From assembly GCF_048771995.1 (NCBI RefSeq), contig NC_133041.1:4599324-4663323 (forward strand): DNA of 64,000 nucleotides. The letters run 5' to 3'. Source of the stretch: Taeniopygia guttata. Its lineage: Eukaryota. How positions within the stretch are numbered: the stretch's first letter is position 1; each line of letters begins with the position of its first letter. Positions 46,331 to 59,589 of this stretch are shown here, one piece after another. The translations under genes were made by a program, and so were the position numbers. The notes below the pieces were generated by a model that ran no database searches, was not told where the DNA came from, and saw nothing but the letters and a program-made list of their open reading frames with translations.

Positions 46331-47376
46331 GGGTTAAAAACGGGGGAAATTCGAGGGAAAATGGGAAAAAAAAGGGCAAAAAATGGGGGAAAATTAAGCA
46401 AAAAACAGGAAAAAATGGGCAAAAAATGGGGGAAAATTATGGGGAAAATGGGGGGAAAACTGACAAAAATGGGGGGGAAAATGGGGAAAAAATGAAATTG
46501 GGCAAGAAATGGGGTGAAACTAGGAAAAAATGGGCAAAAAATGGGGGAAAATTAAGAAAAAACAGGGAAAATATTGGCAAAAAAGGGCAAAATATGGGGG
46601 AAAATTAAGCAAAAAACTGGGAAAATTTTGACAAAAAAATGGGGGAAAAAATGGGGGAAATTTGGGGGCAAAATGGGGGAAAAATTGACAAAAATGGGGG
46701 AAATTTGGGGGAAAATGGGGAAAAATTGATTAAATTGGGCAAGAAATAGGAAGAAAATGGGCAAAAATGGGCAAAAAATGGGGGAAATTAAGCAGAAAAC
46801 AGAGAAAATATTGACAAAAAAATGGGGGAAATTTGGGAGAAAAAATGGGTAAAAAATTGACGAAATTGGGAAAAAAATGGGCAAAAAATGGGCAAAAAAA
46901 TGGGGGAAAATTAAGCAAAAATCAGGGAAAACATTGAGAAAAAATGGGGGAAACTTGTTGGGGAAATGGGGAAAAAAATTGGCAAAAATAGGGGAAAAAT
47001 GGGAGAAATTTGAGTGAAAAATTGGGGAAATTTGGGGAAAAAAGGGGAAAAAATGGGTAGGGAAAATGGGGGAAAATTGACAAAAATGGGGAGAAAATGG
47101 GGGAAAATTGACAAAAATGGACAAAAAAGGGACAAAAATGGGGGAAATTTGGGAAAAATGGGTAAAAAAATGGGGAAATGAGAAAAGAATGGGTAAAAAT
47201 TTGGGAAAAAAATTTAAAAATATTGGTTTAAAATGGGTAAAAAAAAGAATAAAAAATAGATTTAAAAAAACGGGAGAAAATGTATTTTAAAAACCTAAAA
47301 AATGGGTTGAAAAGGGTGAAAATAAATTTTAAAAATGAATTAAAAATGACCAAAAATTTGGATTTTTCCCCCCCAG

Positions 47377-47428
47377 AACCCCGAGCAGTCGGACGAGGAC
47401 GAGGAAAAAAGCCGCAGGGACTCGGAAG
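47377..47428 (+). CDS. EIF3C: EIF3C exon 7
   Basis: It encodes NPEQSDEDEEKSRRDSE(G), matching human NPEQSADEDAEKNEEDSEG. The acceptor is cccccag| and the donor G|GTCGG. Confidence 0.85.
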
Positions 47429-47429
47429 G

Positions 47430-48255
47430 TCGGAAAATTCGGGATTTTGGGGGAAATTTGGGGATTTTTGGGACAAATTTGTGGATTTTTGGGATCATTT
47501 TGCCATTTTTTGGACAATTTTTGGAATTTTCGGGGACAAATTTGGGGATTTTTTTGGCAAATTTGGGATATTTTGGGCCACTTTTGGGTGGGAGAATTTT
47601 TGGGGCAATTTTTTTGATTTTTTTAGGGCAATTTTGGGCATTTTTGGGACAAATTTGGCGATTTTTAGGATAATTTTTGGGGCAAATTTTGGATTTTTGG
47701 AGCATTTTTGGGATAATTTTGGCATTTTTGGGGCATTTTTGGGATTTTTGGGCTTTTTTGGGGGGTAATTTCTGCAATTTAAAAAATATTTTGGGACATT
47801 TTGAATTTTGGGACAATAAATTAAATTTTGGGGTAAATTTGGGGGGTTTTGGTGAACTTTTGAGATAATTTTTGGGATTTTAGATTGTTTTGGGTGTAAT
47901 TTCTGGAATTTTGAAATACTTTTGGGGTATTTTGGATTTTGGGGCAATAAATTGAATTTCAGGGGAATTTTTGGACGATTTTGGGTGAGGTTTTGGGGTA
48001 ATTTTGGGGATTTTGGGCTTATTTGGGGGGTAATTTCTAGGATTATGAAATAACTCTGGGATATTTCTGATTTTGGGGCAATAAATTGAATTTTGGGAGA
48101 ATTTTTGGTGGATTTTGGGGTCATTTTGGAGGATTTTTGGCCTTTTTTGGGGTGTTTTGCGGGTAATTTCTGGAATTTTTTAAAATTTTGGGCTATTTTG
48201 GGTTTTGGGCCAATAAATTGAATTTTGGGTGAATTTTGGGTGAATTTTTGGTTTT
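47430..48255. repeat. G/T-rich satellite (tttgggacaaatttggcgatttttgg; ggggcaataaattgaattttgg)
   Basis: The periodicity is visible directly. Confidence 0.8.
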
Positions 48256-48261
48256 TTCCAG

Positions 48262-48347
48262 GCTCTGGTTCCTCCTCGGGGGCCGAGGACGACGCCGGGA
48301 ATTTCCTGAAGCGCCGCGAGCGCGACGAGCCCCGGAGCCGCTACAAA
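48262..48347 (+). CDS. EIF3C: EIF3C exon 8
   Basis: It encodes (G)SGSSSGAEDDAGNFLKRRERDEPRSRYK, matching human SSDEDEDEDGVSAATFLKKKSEAPSGESRKFLKK. The phase is consistent. Confidence 0.75.
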
Positions 48348-48349
48348 GT

Positions 48350-49490
48350 GACCGAAATTGGGGGAAAAAATCGGAATTTTGGGCAAATCCGGGAGGGAAA
48401 ACTGGGGGGAAAATTGGGGAAAAATTGGGGAAAATTTTGGGGAAAAAATGGGGAAAATTTTGGGGGAAAATTGGGGGGAAAATGCGGAAAAAATGGGATT
48501 AAAATATGGGGAAATTTTGATTGAAATGGTTGAAAATTGGGATTTAATTTGGATTAAAATAAGATTTAATTGTCATTAAAATGGGGATAAATTGGCATTA
48601 AAATGAGATTTATTTTAGATCAAAATGGGAAAATTTGGATTTAATTGGCGTTTAACTGGAATTAAATTGGATTTATTTGGGATTTTATTGAGATTAAAAT
48701 GGGATTTAATTTGCATGGAATTGGGATTTAATTGGGATTGAAGTTGCACTAAAATGGGGAAAATTTGGATTAAAATTGGATTTATTTCGGATTTAAATGG
48801 GTTTTAGTTGAGATTTGAATGGGATTTAATTTGTATTAAGAGAGGATATAATTGGGATTTAATTTGCATGAAAATTGGATTAAATTTGCATGAAAATGGG
48901 AATAAATTGGGATTGAATTGTGTTTAAAATGGGATTTAATTGATATTAAAATGAGATTGAATTGGGATTTAATTGAAATTTAAATTGCAATAAATTGGGA
49001 TTGAAATGGGATTTAATTGGGATTCAATTAGTATTAAAATGGGATTTCTATTGGGATTTAATTTGCGTTAAAAAGTGATTTAATTGGTGTTTAATTGGGT
49101 TTTAAATGAGGTTTACTTAAAAATTGGATTAAATTGGGATAATATTGGGGATTTAATTTTAATTAAAATGGGATTTATTTGGGATTTAAAGGGGATTTAA
49201 TTGGGATTTAAATGGGATTTTATTGGGATTTAAATGGGATTTAATCGAGATTTAAATGGGATTTAATTTGCATTAAAATGGGATTTAATTGGGATTTTAT
49301 TGAGATTTAAATGGCATTTAATTGCATGAAAATAGGATTTAATTGGTAATTAAATGGGATTTAATTGAGATTTAAATGGGGTTTAATTAAGATTTAAAAT
49401 GGATTGAATTGGGATTTAATTTGCATAAAAACGAGGGAAAATTGGGATTTTTTGGGGCTTTAATTAAGATTTAATCACTGTTTAATGATC
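48350..49490. repeat. ~20-bp satellite (gggatttaattgggattaaaat)
   Basis: The periodicity is visible directly. Confidence 0.9.
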
Positions 49491-49514
49491 TGCCCCGGTG
49501 AACCGCAAACCCAG

Positions 49515-49639
49515 GAGTCGGAGTCGGAGCCGGAGTCGGAGTCGGACGAGGATTGGGGCGATTCCGCCTCGGAGTCGGACTCGGAGTCGGATGAGGACGA
49601 CGGAAAATTCACCTCGTTGGCCTCCAAATTCCTCAAAAA
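49515..49639 (+). CDS. EIF3C: EIF3C exon 9
   Basis: It encodes ESESEPESESDEDWGDSASESDSESDEDDGKFTSLASKFLK(K), matching human ..[39 protein letters not shown]. The donor is AA|GTCAGG. Confidence 0.85.
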
Positions 49640-51340
49640 GTCAGGAAATCGGGAAAATTGGGAATTTCGGGAAAATTTGGGTGAAAAAACGGGAAAAATC
49701 GGGTGAAAAATGGGAAAAATCCGGGGAAAATTGGGTGGAAAATTGGGAAATTGGGGGAAAGTTGGGTGGAAAACACGGAAAAATCCTGGGAAAATTTTGG
49801 GGCAAATTCACCTCTCTGGGCTCCAAATTCCTCAAAAAGTCAGGAATTCGGGAAAATTGGGGATTTTGGGAGAATTTGGGGGAAAAAACGGGAAAAATCG
49901 GGTTAAAATTGGGGGGAAAATGGGGAAATTGGGGGAAAGTTGGGGGGAAAATACGGAAAAATCCCGGGGAAAATTCACCTCATTGGCCTCCAAATTCCTC
50001 AAAAAGTCAGGAATTCGGGAAAATCGGGGATTTCCGGAAAATTTGGGGGAAAAAACGGGAAAAATCGGGTGAAAAATGGGAAAAATCCGGGGGAAATTGG
50101 GGGAAAGTTGGCTGGAAAATATGGAAAAATCCCGGGGAAAATTTGGGGGAAATTGGGAAAAATCGGGTGAAAATTTGGGAAATTTTGGAGAAAAATTGGG
50201 TGGAAAATTGGGAATTTTGGGAAAAATTTGGGAAATTTTGCGGGAAAATTGGGGGAAATCGGGTGAAAATTGGGGAAATTTTGTGTGAAAGTTGGGTGGA
50301 AAATAGGGAAAAATCCGGGAGAAAATTCACCTCATTGGCCTCCAAATTCCTCAAAAAGTCAGGAAATTGGGAAAATTGGGAATTTTGGGAGAATTTGGGG
50401 GGAAAAATGGGAAAAATCGGGTGAAAAATGGGAAAAATCCGGGGGAAAATTGGGTGGAAAATTGGGAAATTGGGGGAAAGTTGGGTGGAAAATACGGAAA
50501 AATCCCAGGGAGAATTGGGGAAAATTCACCTCGCTGACTCCAAATTCCGCAAAAAGTCAGGAAATCGGGAAAATCGGGAATTTCCGGAGAATTTGGGGGA
50601 AAAAATGGGAAAAATCGGGTTAAAATTGAGTGAAAAATGGGGAAAATTGGGTGAAAGTTGGGTGGAAAATACGGAAAAATCCTGGGGAAATTTGGGAAAA
50701 TTAGTGGGAAAATTTGGGTGAAAATTGGGGAATAATTGGAAAATTTTGAGGAAAAATTGGGTGAAAATTGAGGAAAATTGGGTGGAAAATTTGCACGAAA
50801 ATTGGGGGTAAATTGGGAAATTTTAGGGGAAAATTGAGGAAAATTGGGAACAATTCGAGAGAAAATTGGGGAAATTTGGGAAATTTTGTGTAAAGGTTGG
50901 GTGAAAAATTGGGGCAAATTCACCTCTCTGGCCTCCAAATTCCTCACAAAGTCAGGAAATCGGGAAAATTGGGGATTTTGGGAGAATTTGGGGGAAAAAA
51001 CAGGAAAAATCGGGTGAAAAATGGGAAAAATCCGGGGGAAATTGGGTGGAAAATGGGGGAAATTGGGGAAATTGGGTGGAAAACTGGGTAATTTTGGAGG
51101 AAAATTGGGGGGAAATTGGGAAAAATCGGGTGAAAATTTGGGAAATTTTGGAGAAAAATTGGGTGAAAAATTGGGAAAATTGGGGAAAATTTGGGAAGAA
51201 ATTGGGGAAAATCGGGTGAAAATTGGGGAAATTTTGTGTGAAAGTTGGGTGGAAAATTGGGAAAAATCCGGGGAAAATTTGCCTCGCTGGGCTCCAAATT
51301 CCTCAAAAAGTCAGGAAATCGGGAAAATTGGAAAATTCGG
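49640..51340 (+). other. Six partial copies of the EIF3C exon 9 3' end plus donor, embedded in the downstream satellite
   Basis: The unit [ag]aaattcacctc[gtac]..ggc[ct]ccaaattcctcaaaaa|gtcaggaa[at]tcgggaaaattgg occurs at about 49795, 49972, 50316, 50518, 50910 and 51276. Confidence 0.8.
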
Positions 51341-52740
51341 GAAAATTTTGGGGGATTGGGAAAAATTGGGTTAAAAAATGCAAAAAATCAGGTGAAAATT
51401 GGGTGAAAAATGGGTTAAAATGCCTCAAAATTGGATTTTTTGGGGAATTTTTGGGGATTTTTTTGAATATTTTGGGATTTTCTTGGGAATTTTGGGTAAT
51501 TTTTGGGGAATTTTTTGGGAAATTTGGGGAATTTTTGAGGAATTATATGACATAAAATCGCTCCAAATTGAGTCAAAAATGGATTAAAATGCCCCAAAAA
51601 TGGGAATTTTTTTGGGGGATTTTTGTGCAAATTTCGTGGAATTTTTGAGGAATTTTTGGGAATTTTGGGAATTTTTTGGAATTTTGGTGGGAAGAGTTAC
51701 AGGGCAGGAAACTGCTGAAAAATACGTCAAAAATTAGTAAAAAATCACTTTAAAATGCCAAAAAAATGGGATTTTTGTGGGAATTTTTGGAAATTTTTGT
51801 GGGTTTTTTTATGGAAATTTTTTGGGAAGTTTTTCGGAATTTTGGAATTTTTTGGGGATTTTTTTGGGAAGTTTTTGGGAATTTTGGCGGGAATTTTGAG
51901 ACGGATTTATGGGACGAAAATTCCTAAAACACGGTTCAAAAATGGCCTCAAAATGGGATTTTTGGGGGATTTTTCGGGATTTTTTTGGGAATTTTGGGGA
52001 ATTTTTGAGGAATTGTTTGGGTATTTTGGGAATTTTTTTAGAGATTTTGGGAATTTTGGTCAGACTGTAGAGGAGCAGCTATGGAGCAGAAAAATACTGA
52101 AAAATGGGTCCAAAATAAGTAAAAACTCAGTTTAAAATGGCCAAAAAAAGGGATTTTTGTGGGAATGTCGTGGAATTTTTTGGGAATTCTGGGAATTTTT
52201 GGGAATTTTGGTAAGATGGTAAAGGAAGAATTTCAGGGCAGGAAACTGCTGAAAAATGGGTCAAAAATGAGTAAAAAATCACATTAAAATGCCAAAAAAA
52301 AGGGATTTTTGCGGGAATTTCGGGGGAAATTTTGGGAATTTTTTGAGGAATTTTTTGGGAATTTTGGGAGTTTTTTGGAATTTTGGTCAGAATGTGGAGG
52401 AGGACTTATAAAACAGAAAATCACTCAAAAATGGGTCAAAAATAAGTAGAAAATCAGTTTAAAATGTCCAAAAAATTGGATTTTTGTGGGAATTTTGGGG
52501 GGTTTTTTTTGGGATTTTTTGAGGAATTTTTTGGGAATTTTGGGGATTTTGGGGAATTTTGGTCAGAATGTAGGGAAGGGATTATGGAGCAGAAAATTAC
52601 TCAAAAATGAGTAAAAAATCACTTTAAAATGGCCGAAAAATGGGATTTTTGTGGGAATTTGGTGGAATTTTTGTGGGATTTTTTGTGGAATTTTTTGGGA
52701 AATTTGGGAATTGGGTAAAATTTGGGAATTTTGGGATTTC
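51340..52740. repeat. G/T-rich satellite and ~130-bp repeats (gggaattttgg..cagaaaatcactcaaaaatgggtcaaaaataagta)
   Basis: The periodicity is visible directly. Confidence 0.8.
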
Positions 52741-52745
52741 CCCAG

Positions 52746-52890
52746 GGACGAGGAGCGTCGCGGGGCGGAGCGGCGGCGCGAGGAAAAGGCCAAGAAGAAA
52801 CTGGAGCGGAAAAGCCGCCGGGAGGAGGAGGAGGAGGAGGAGGAAGGGGGAGAGTGGGAGAAGGTCAAGGGAGGAGTCCCCCTCATCAAG
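52746..52890 (+). CDS. EIF3C: EIF3C exon 10
   Basis: It encodes (K)[48 protein letters not shown], matching human [49 protein letters not shown]. Confidence 0.9.
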
Positions 52891-52899
52891 GTGGGAAAT

Positions 52900-54860
52900 T
52901 GGGGCGAAAAATGGGGATTTTGGGAAAAAGGGAATTTTGGGGGAAAAAAAAATGGGATTTATGGGAAAAAAATTGGGGTTTTTAGGGGGAAAAATGGGAT
53001 TTTTAGGGGGAAAATTGGGGTTTTAGGGAGAAAAAATTGAACTTTTGGGGTGAAAAATTTGGGTTTTGGGGGGAAAAATTGGATTTTTGGGACAAAAAAT
53101 TGAATTTTTTGGGGAAAAATGGATTTTTGGGGTGAAAAATGGGATTTTAGGGGATTTTGGGGAAAAAATTAGAATGTTTGGAGATTTTAGGGCTTAAAAA
53201 TGGAGGTTTTGGGGGGGAAAATTGGATTTTTGGGACAAAAAATTGGATTTTGGAGAGAATTTTTAATTTTTGGGGTAAAAAATGGGATTTTTGGGAAAAA
53301 TTTTGATTTTTTGCACAAAAAGAGAATTTTTTTGGGATAAAAATGGATTTTTTGGGGTGAAAATTAGGATTTTCAAGAAAAAATTGGATTTTTGGGAGAA
53401 AAGATGGGATTTTTAGCAAAAAATTGGGGTTTTTAGGGGGAAAAATTGAATTTTTGGGAGAAAAAAATTGAATTTTTGGGGTAAAAATGGATTTTTGGGG
53501 TAAAAATGGGATTTTAAGGGATTTTTGGAAAAAAAAATTTAATTTTTGGTGATTTTAGGGGTGAAAAATGGGGGTTTTGGGGGAGAAATTGGATTTTTGG
53601 GAAATTTTTTTTAGATAATTCAGGGAGGCTTTGGGGGGAAAATGGTTTTTTCAGGACAAAAAAATGGAATTTTGAGGTAAAAAATGGGATTTTTGGGGTG
53701 GAAATTGGAATTTTGGAGGGGGGGAAATTGAATTTTTGTCAGGGAAATTGGGATTTTTTGGGGGGGGGAAATTTCAATTTTTTGGGCAAAAATCAGAATT
53801 TTGGGGGGATTTTTATGGGATTTTTTTTGATAATTCAGGGAGGTTTTGGGGAAGTTTTTTTTTATTTTTGGGGGGGATTTTTGTCACTTTTTGGATCATT
53901 TTTTGGGGCAGGAAAAGCCGAAAATGTTCGCCAAGGGCACGGAGATCACGGTGGGGCTGGTGATGAAAAAACTCAACGAGATCCTCCAGGCCCGGGGCAA
54001 GAAGGGCACCGACAGGTGGGCCAAAAAAGCCAAATTTCACCCCAAAATTACCCCAAAATTCACCCCAAAATTACCCCAAAATCACCCTGAAATTACAGCA
54101 AAATTCCAGCAAAATTCCATTTAAATTCACCCCAAAATTCCCCAAATTAACACAAAATTCACCCCAAAATTTCAGTAAAATTCACCCCAAAATTCCATCA
54201 AAATTCACCCCAAAAATTCCAGAAAAATTCACCCCAAATTCCCCCTGAAATTACCCCAAAATTCCCCCAAATTCATCCCAAAATCCTCCTGGAATTACCC
54301 CAAAATTCCCCAAAATTTACCCCAAAATCTCCCTTAAATTACCCTAAAATTCCAGCAAAATTCCATTAAAATTCGCCCCAAAACACCCCAAAATTCACCC
54401 CAAAATCACCCCAAAATTCCAGCAAAATTCACCCCTAAATCCTCTTGGAATTACCCCAAAATTGCCCCAAAATTAACCCCGAAATTCACCCCAAAATTCC
54501 ATTTCAATTCACCCAAAATTGCCCTGAAATTGTCCTGAAAATCCCCAATTTTTTCCCAATTTCCCCCAATTTTTACCCCATTTTTCACCCCTTTTTTCAC
54601 CCTTTTTTCACCCAATTTTCACTAAATTTCCCCCAATTTTTTTCCTCATTTTATCTCAATTTTCCCCAATTTTTAATTTCATTTTTAACCCTTGTTTTAC
54701 CTCCAAAAAGACCCAAATAAATCCCATTTTTCAACCATTTTTCCCCCATTTTTCCCCATATTTTCCCCATTTTTGCCCCAATCTCCCCCGGGTTTTTTGC
54801 TTTATTTTTTGCTCTATTTTTTTTGCCCGATTTCCCCGTTTTTCACCCCATTTTCCCCTC
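52900..54860. repeat. Satellites (ggggtgaaaaatgggatttttgg at 52900-53905; caccccaaaattccagcaaaattca at 54020-54855) in EIF3C introns 10 and 11
   Basis: The periodicity is visible directly. Confidence 0.85.
53912..54015 (+). CDS. EIF3C: EIF3C exon 11
   Basis: It encodes [34 protein letters not shown](R), matching human [35 protein letters not shown]. Confidence 0.9.
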
Positions 54861-54862
54861 AG

Positions 54863-55004
54863 GGCGGCGCAGATCGAGCTGCTGCAGCACCTGGTGGCCG
54901 TGGCCCACGAGCACCAGCTGGGGGTGCCCCTGGAGCTGAAAATCAAATTCAACATCGTGGCCTCGCTCTACGACTACAACCCCAACCTGGCCGCCTACAT
55001 GAAG
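54863..55004 (+). CDS. EIF3C: EIF3C exon 12
   Basis: It encodes (R)[47 protein letters not shown], matching human [47 protein letters not shown]. Confidence 0.9.
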
Positions 55005-55009
55005 GTGAA

Positions 55010-56150
55010 ATCGGGGCAAAAAACGGGGAAATCGGGCAAAAAACACAGAAAAAAAAAAGGGGAAATCGGGCAAAAAATAGAGAAAAAAAATGGGGAAAAT
55101 TGGGGCAAAAATGGGGTTAAAAATGTGATTTATTTGGATTTTTTTTTGATTTTTTGAAGGTAAAAGAAGGGTTAAAAATGAAATTTAAAAGGGAAAAAAA
55201 TTGGGGAAAATTGAGATAAAATAAGCAAAAAATTGGGGAAAATTTAATTAAAATTTGGTGAAAAAAGGGTTAAAAATGGGATTTATTTGGATTTTTGGGG
55301 AATTTTTTAAGGGAAAATAAGGGTTAAAAATGAAATTATAAAAGGGAAAACTGGGGGGAAATTAAGATAAAATGGGGAGAAAATTGGGGAAAATTTGGTG
55401 AAAATTGGGTGAAAAAAGGAATAAAAATGACGATAATAATGGGATTTATTTGGGTTTTTGGGACTACAACCCCAACCTGGCCGCCTACATGAAGGTGAAA
55501 ACGGGGCAAAAAACAGCGAAATTGGGCAAAAAATAGAGAAAAAAACCCGGGGGAAATTGGGGCAAAAATGGAGAAAATATGGAGAAAATATGGGGAAAAA
55601 AAGGTGGAAAATTGGGGTTAAAAATGTGATTTATTTGGATTTTTTTGCGATTTTTTTAAGGGAAAATAAGGGTTAAAAATGAAATTAAAAAGGGAAAAAA
55701 TTGGGGAAAATTAAAAGAAAATGAGGAAAAAATTGGGGGAAATTTGGTGAAAATTGGGTGAAAAAAGGAATAAAAATGGGGATAAAAATGGGATTTATTT
55801 GGATTTTGGGGATTTTTTAAAGGTAAAACAAGGGTTAAAAATGGAGGAAGAATGGGGAAAATTGAGATAAAATTAGGAAAAAATTGGGGAAAATTTGGTG
55901 AAAATTGGGTGAAAAAAGGGTGAAAAATGGGGATAAAATGGGATTTATTTGGATTTTTTTAAAGGTAAAACAAGGGTTAAAAATGAAATTAAAAAGGGAA
56001 AAAATGGGGGAAAATTGAGATAAAATGAGGGAAAAATTTGGTGAAATTTGGTGAGAAAAGGAATAAAAATGGGGTTAAAAATGGGATTTATTTGGGTTTT
56101 TGGGACTACAACCCCAACCTGGCCGCCTACATGAAGGTGAAAACGGGGCA
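55010..56150 (+). other. Two partial copies of the EIF3C exon 12 3' end plus donor in a ~640-bp higher-order repeat
   Basis: The unit gactacaaccccaacctggccgcctacatgaag|gtgaaaacggggcaaaaaac occurs at about 55463 and 56103. In the copies the breakpoint lies inside the exon, before GACTAC. Confidence 0.8.
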
Positions 56151-56639
56151 AAAAACGGCAAAATCGGGCAAAAAATAGAGAAAAAAACCCGGGGGAAATT
56201 GGGGCCAAAATGGGGAAAATATGGGGGAAAAACGGTGGAAAATCGGGGTAAAAATGGGATTTATTTGGAATTTTTTTGGGATTTTTTGAAGGTAAAAGAA
56301 GGGTTAAAAGTGAAATTTAAAAGGGAAAAAAAATTGGGGAAAATTGAAATAAAATAAGCAAAAAATTGGGGAAAATTTAATTAAAATTTGGTGAAAAAAG
56401 GGTTAAAAATGGGATTTATTTGGATTTTTTAGGAATTTTTGGAGGTAAAACAAGGGTTAAAAATGAAATTAAAAAGGGAAAAAATGGGGGAAATTAAAAT
56501 TAAATGAGGAAAAAATTGGGGGAAATTTGGTGAAAATTGGGTGAAAAAAGGAATAAAAATGGGGGGAAAAATGGGATTTTTTTGGATTTTTTTTGGGATT
56601 TTGTGAAGGGCGGATCTGTGGGTCAGACAGGATCTATGG

Positions 56640-57514
56640 GGCGGATCTATAGGGTGAGTTTCTATAGGCGGAGCTGTGGCAGCGCTGCCTGGGATGTATA
56701 GAGGAGCTCCTGGAGCTGCTATGGGGCAGATCTATAGGCTCGGGGCGGATCTATGGGCTCGGGGCGGATCTATGGGGCAGATCTATGGGTCAGACAGGAT
56801 CTATGGGGCGGATCTATAGGGTGATATTCTATAGGCGGAGCTGTGGCAGCGCTGCCTGGGATGTATAGAGGAGCTCCTGGAGCTGCTATGGGGCAGATCT
56901 ATAGGCTCGGGGCGGATCTATAGGGCAGATCTATGGGTCAGACAGGATCTATGGGTCAGACAGGATCTATGGGTCAGGGCGGATGTGTGGGTCAGGATCT
57001 ATAGGGTGATATTCCATAGGCGGAGCTGTGGCAGCGCTGCCTGGGATGTATAGAGGAGCTCCTGGAGCTGCTATGGGGCAGATCTATGGGCTCGGGGCGG
57101 ATCTATGGGGCAGGATGGATCTATAGGGCAGGATCTGTGGGTCAGGATCTATGGGGCAGATCTATAGGGTGAGTTTCTATAGGCGGAGCTGTGGCAGCGC
57201 TGCCTGGGATGTATAGAGGAGCTCCTGGAGCTGCTATGGGGCAGATCTATAGGCTCGGGGCGGATCTATGGGGCAGGGTGGATCTATAGGGCAGATCTAT
57301 GGGTCAGACAGGATCTATGGGGCGGATCTATAGGGTGATATTCTATAGGCAGAGCTGTGGCAGCGCTGCCTGGGATGTATAGAGGAGCTCCTGGAGCTGC
57401 TATGGGGCAGATCTATGGGCTCGGGGCGGATCTATGGGGCAGGATGGATCTATAGGGCGGATCTGTGGGTCAGACAGGATCTATGGGGCGGATCTATAGG
57501 GTGATATTCTATAG
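56640..57514 (+). other. Five upstream partial copies of the EIF3C exon 13 acceptor plus its first ~53 nt in a ~170-bp tandem array
   Basis: The unit ttctatag|gc[ga]gagctgtggcagcgctgcctgggatgtatagaggagctcctggagctgct occurs at about 56669, 56836, 57021, 57181 and 57351. The copies diverge after GCTGCT into atggggcagatctat.., and only the final copy continues into the real exon. Confidence 0.85.
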
Positions 57515-57640
57515 GCAGAGCTGTGGCAGCGCTGCCTGGGATGTATAGAGGAGCTCCTGGAGCTGCTCTTTGCCCACCCCGAGATCTTCGTGGGCGAAAA
57601 CGTCCTCGAGGAGTCCGAGAACCTCAGCAACCCCGAGCAG
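57515..57640 (+). CDS. EIF3C: EIF3C exon 13
   Basis: It encodes [42 protein letters not shown], matching human [42 protein letters not shown]. The acceptor is ttctatag| and the donor CAG|GTATGG. Confidence 0.85.
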
Positions 57641-58460
57641 GTATGGGGCAATCTATGGGGCACCTATGGGGCACTTGTGGGGTACTTGTGGGGCACTTAT
57701 GGGGCATTTATGGGGTGTGGGGGCACCTATGGGGTCATTTTTGGGGTCACTTATGGGGTAATCTATGGGGTCATTTATGGGGCTCCTATGGGGTCATTTA
57801 TGGGGTGTGGGGGCACTTATGGGGTTATTTATGGGGCACTTATGGGGTAATCTATGGGGCACTTATGGGGCACCTGTGGGGTCACTTATGGGGCACCTGT
57901 GGGGTCACTTATGGGGAACTTATGGGGCACTTTGGGGCACTTATGGGGCACTTATTGGGTTATCTATGGGGTCACTTATGGGGCACCTATGGGGCACTTA
58001 TGGGGCACCTATGGGGCACTTATGGGGCACCTATGGGGTCATTTATGAGGCACTTACGGGGCACTTATGGGGCACTTATGGGGTACCTATGGGGCATTTA
58101 TGGGGCACTTGTGGGGTCATTTATAGGGTCACTTTTGGGGTCACTTATGGGACACTTATGGGGATTTTGGGGTCACTTTTGGGATTTTGGGGTCATTTTG
58201 GGGTCAGTTTTGGGGTAATTTTGGGTTTATTTATGGGATTTTATGGTCGGTTTTGGTTTTTGGGGTAAATTTTGGGGATTTTGGGTCCGTTTCAGCCGTT
58301 CCGGGTGCGCGGCTGCGTCCTGACCCTGGTGGAGCTGAGGGGTCATTTTGGGGTCATTTATGGGTTTTGGGGTCACTTTTGGGGTTTTTTGGGTGGGTTT
58401 TGGGTTTTTGAGGACAGTCACGGATTTTTGGGGTAAATTTTGGGGATTTTGGGTCCGTTT
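57641..58460. repeat. ~22-bp satellite (cacttatggggcacctatgggg)
   Basis: ORFs 57523-58218 and others (MGHLWGTYG..) are artefacts. Confidence 0.9.
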
Positions 58461-58463
58461 CAG

Positions 58464-58557
58464 CCGTTCCGGGTGCGCGGCTGCGTCCTGACCCTGGTGG
58501 AGCGGATGGACGAGGAGTTCACCAAGATCATGCAGAACACCGACCCCCACTCCCAGG
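58464..58557 (+). CDS. EIF3C: EIF3C exon 14
   Basis: It encodes [31 protein letters not shown](E), matching human [32 protein letters not shown]. One partial upstream copy of the acceptor plus first ~45 nt lies at about 58284-58330. Confidence 0.9.
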
Positions 58558-59589
58558 GTGGGTCCGGCTGTGGGGCAGAGCTCGGCCCCATAGATCCAAA
58601 AACCCCAAAAAAACCCAAAAACCCCAAAAAATCTGAAAAAATGTGAATTTTTGGTCATTTTTTGGCTTAATTTCCTTTTTTTTTGGCCAATTTTGGTCAT
58701 TTTCACTCCAAATTTGGAGGTTCTGTGGGGCAGGTGGGATGTGGGGCAGAGCTCGGCCCCATAGATCCCAAAAACCCCAAAACCACAAAAAAAAACCCAA
58801 AAAAAAATCTCAAAAAATGTGAATTTTTGGTCTTTTTTTGGGAAATTTTCACTTTTTTTGGCCAATTTTGGTCATTTTCACCCCAAATTTGGGGTTTTTG
58901 TGGGGCAGGGGGGAAGTGGGGGAGGGCTCGGCCCCATAGATCCCAAAAAACCCCAAAAAACCCCAAAAAACAAAAAAAAAAACCCAAAAAAACCTCAAGA
59001 AATGTGAATTTTTGGTCATTTTTTGGCTTAATTTCCTTTTTTCTTGGCCAATTTTGGTCATTTTCACCCCAAATTTGGGGTTTTTGTGGGGCAGGTGGGA
59101 TGTGGGGAAGGGCTCGGCCCCATAGATCCCAAAAACCCCAAAAAACCCCAAAAAACAAAAAAAAAAATCTCAAAAAATGTGAAATTTTGGTCATTTGTTG
59201 GCCAATTTTAGCTTTTCATGGCCAATTTTGGTCATTTTTACCCCAAATTTGGGGTTTTTGTGGGGCAGGTGGGATGTGGGGCAGGGCTCGGCCCCATAGA
59301 TCCCAAAAACCAAAAAAAACCCCAAAAAACCCCAAAAAAACTCCCCAAAAAAACCCTCAAAAATGTGAATTTTTGCTGATTTTTTTGGCCAACTTTGGCT
59401 TTTTTTTTGGCCAATTTTGCTCCTTTTCACCCCAAATTTGGGGCTTCTGTGGGACAGGTGAGCTCCGGGTGGGCGGAGACTCACCTGGGTGAGGTTTTGG
59501 GGTTTTTGGAGGGGATTTTTGGGGTATTTTGGGGTTTTTTTGGGTTTTTTGGTGGTTTTTTGGGTTTTTAAAGTCTCACCTGCCCACCA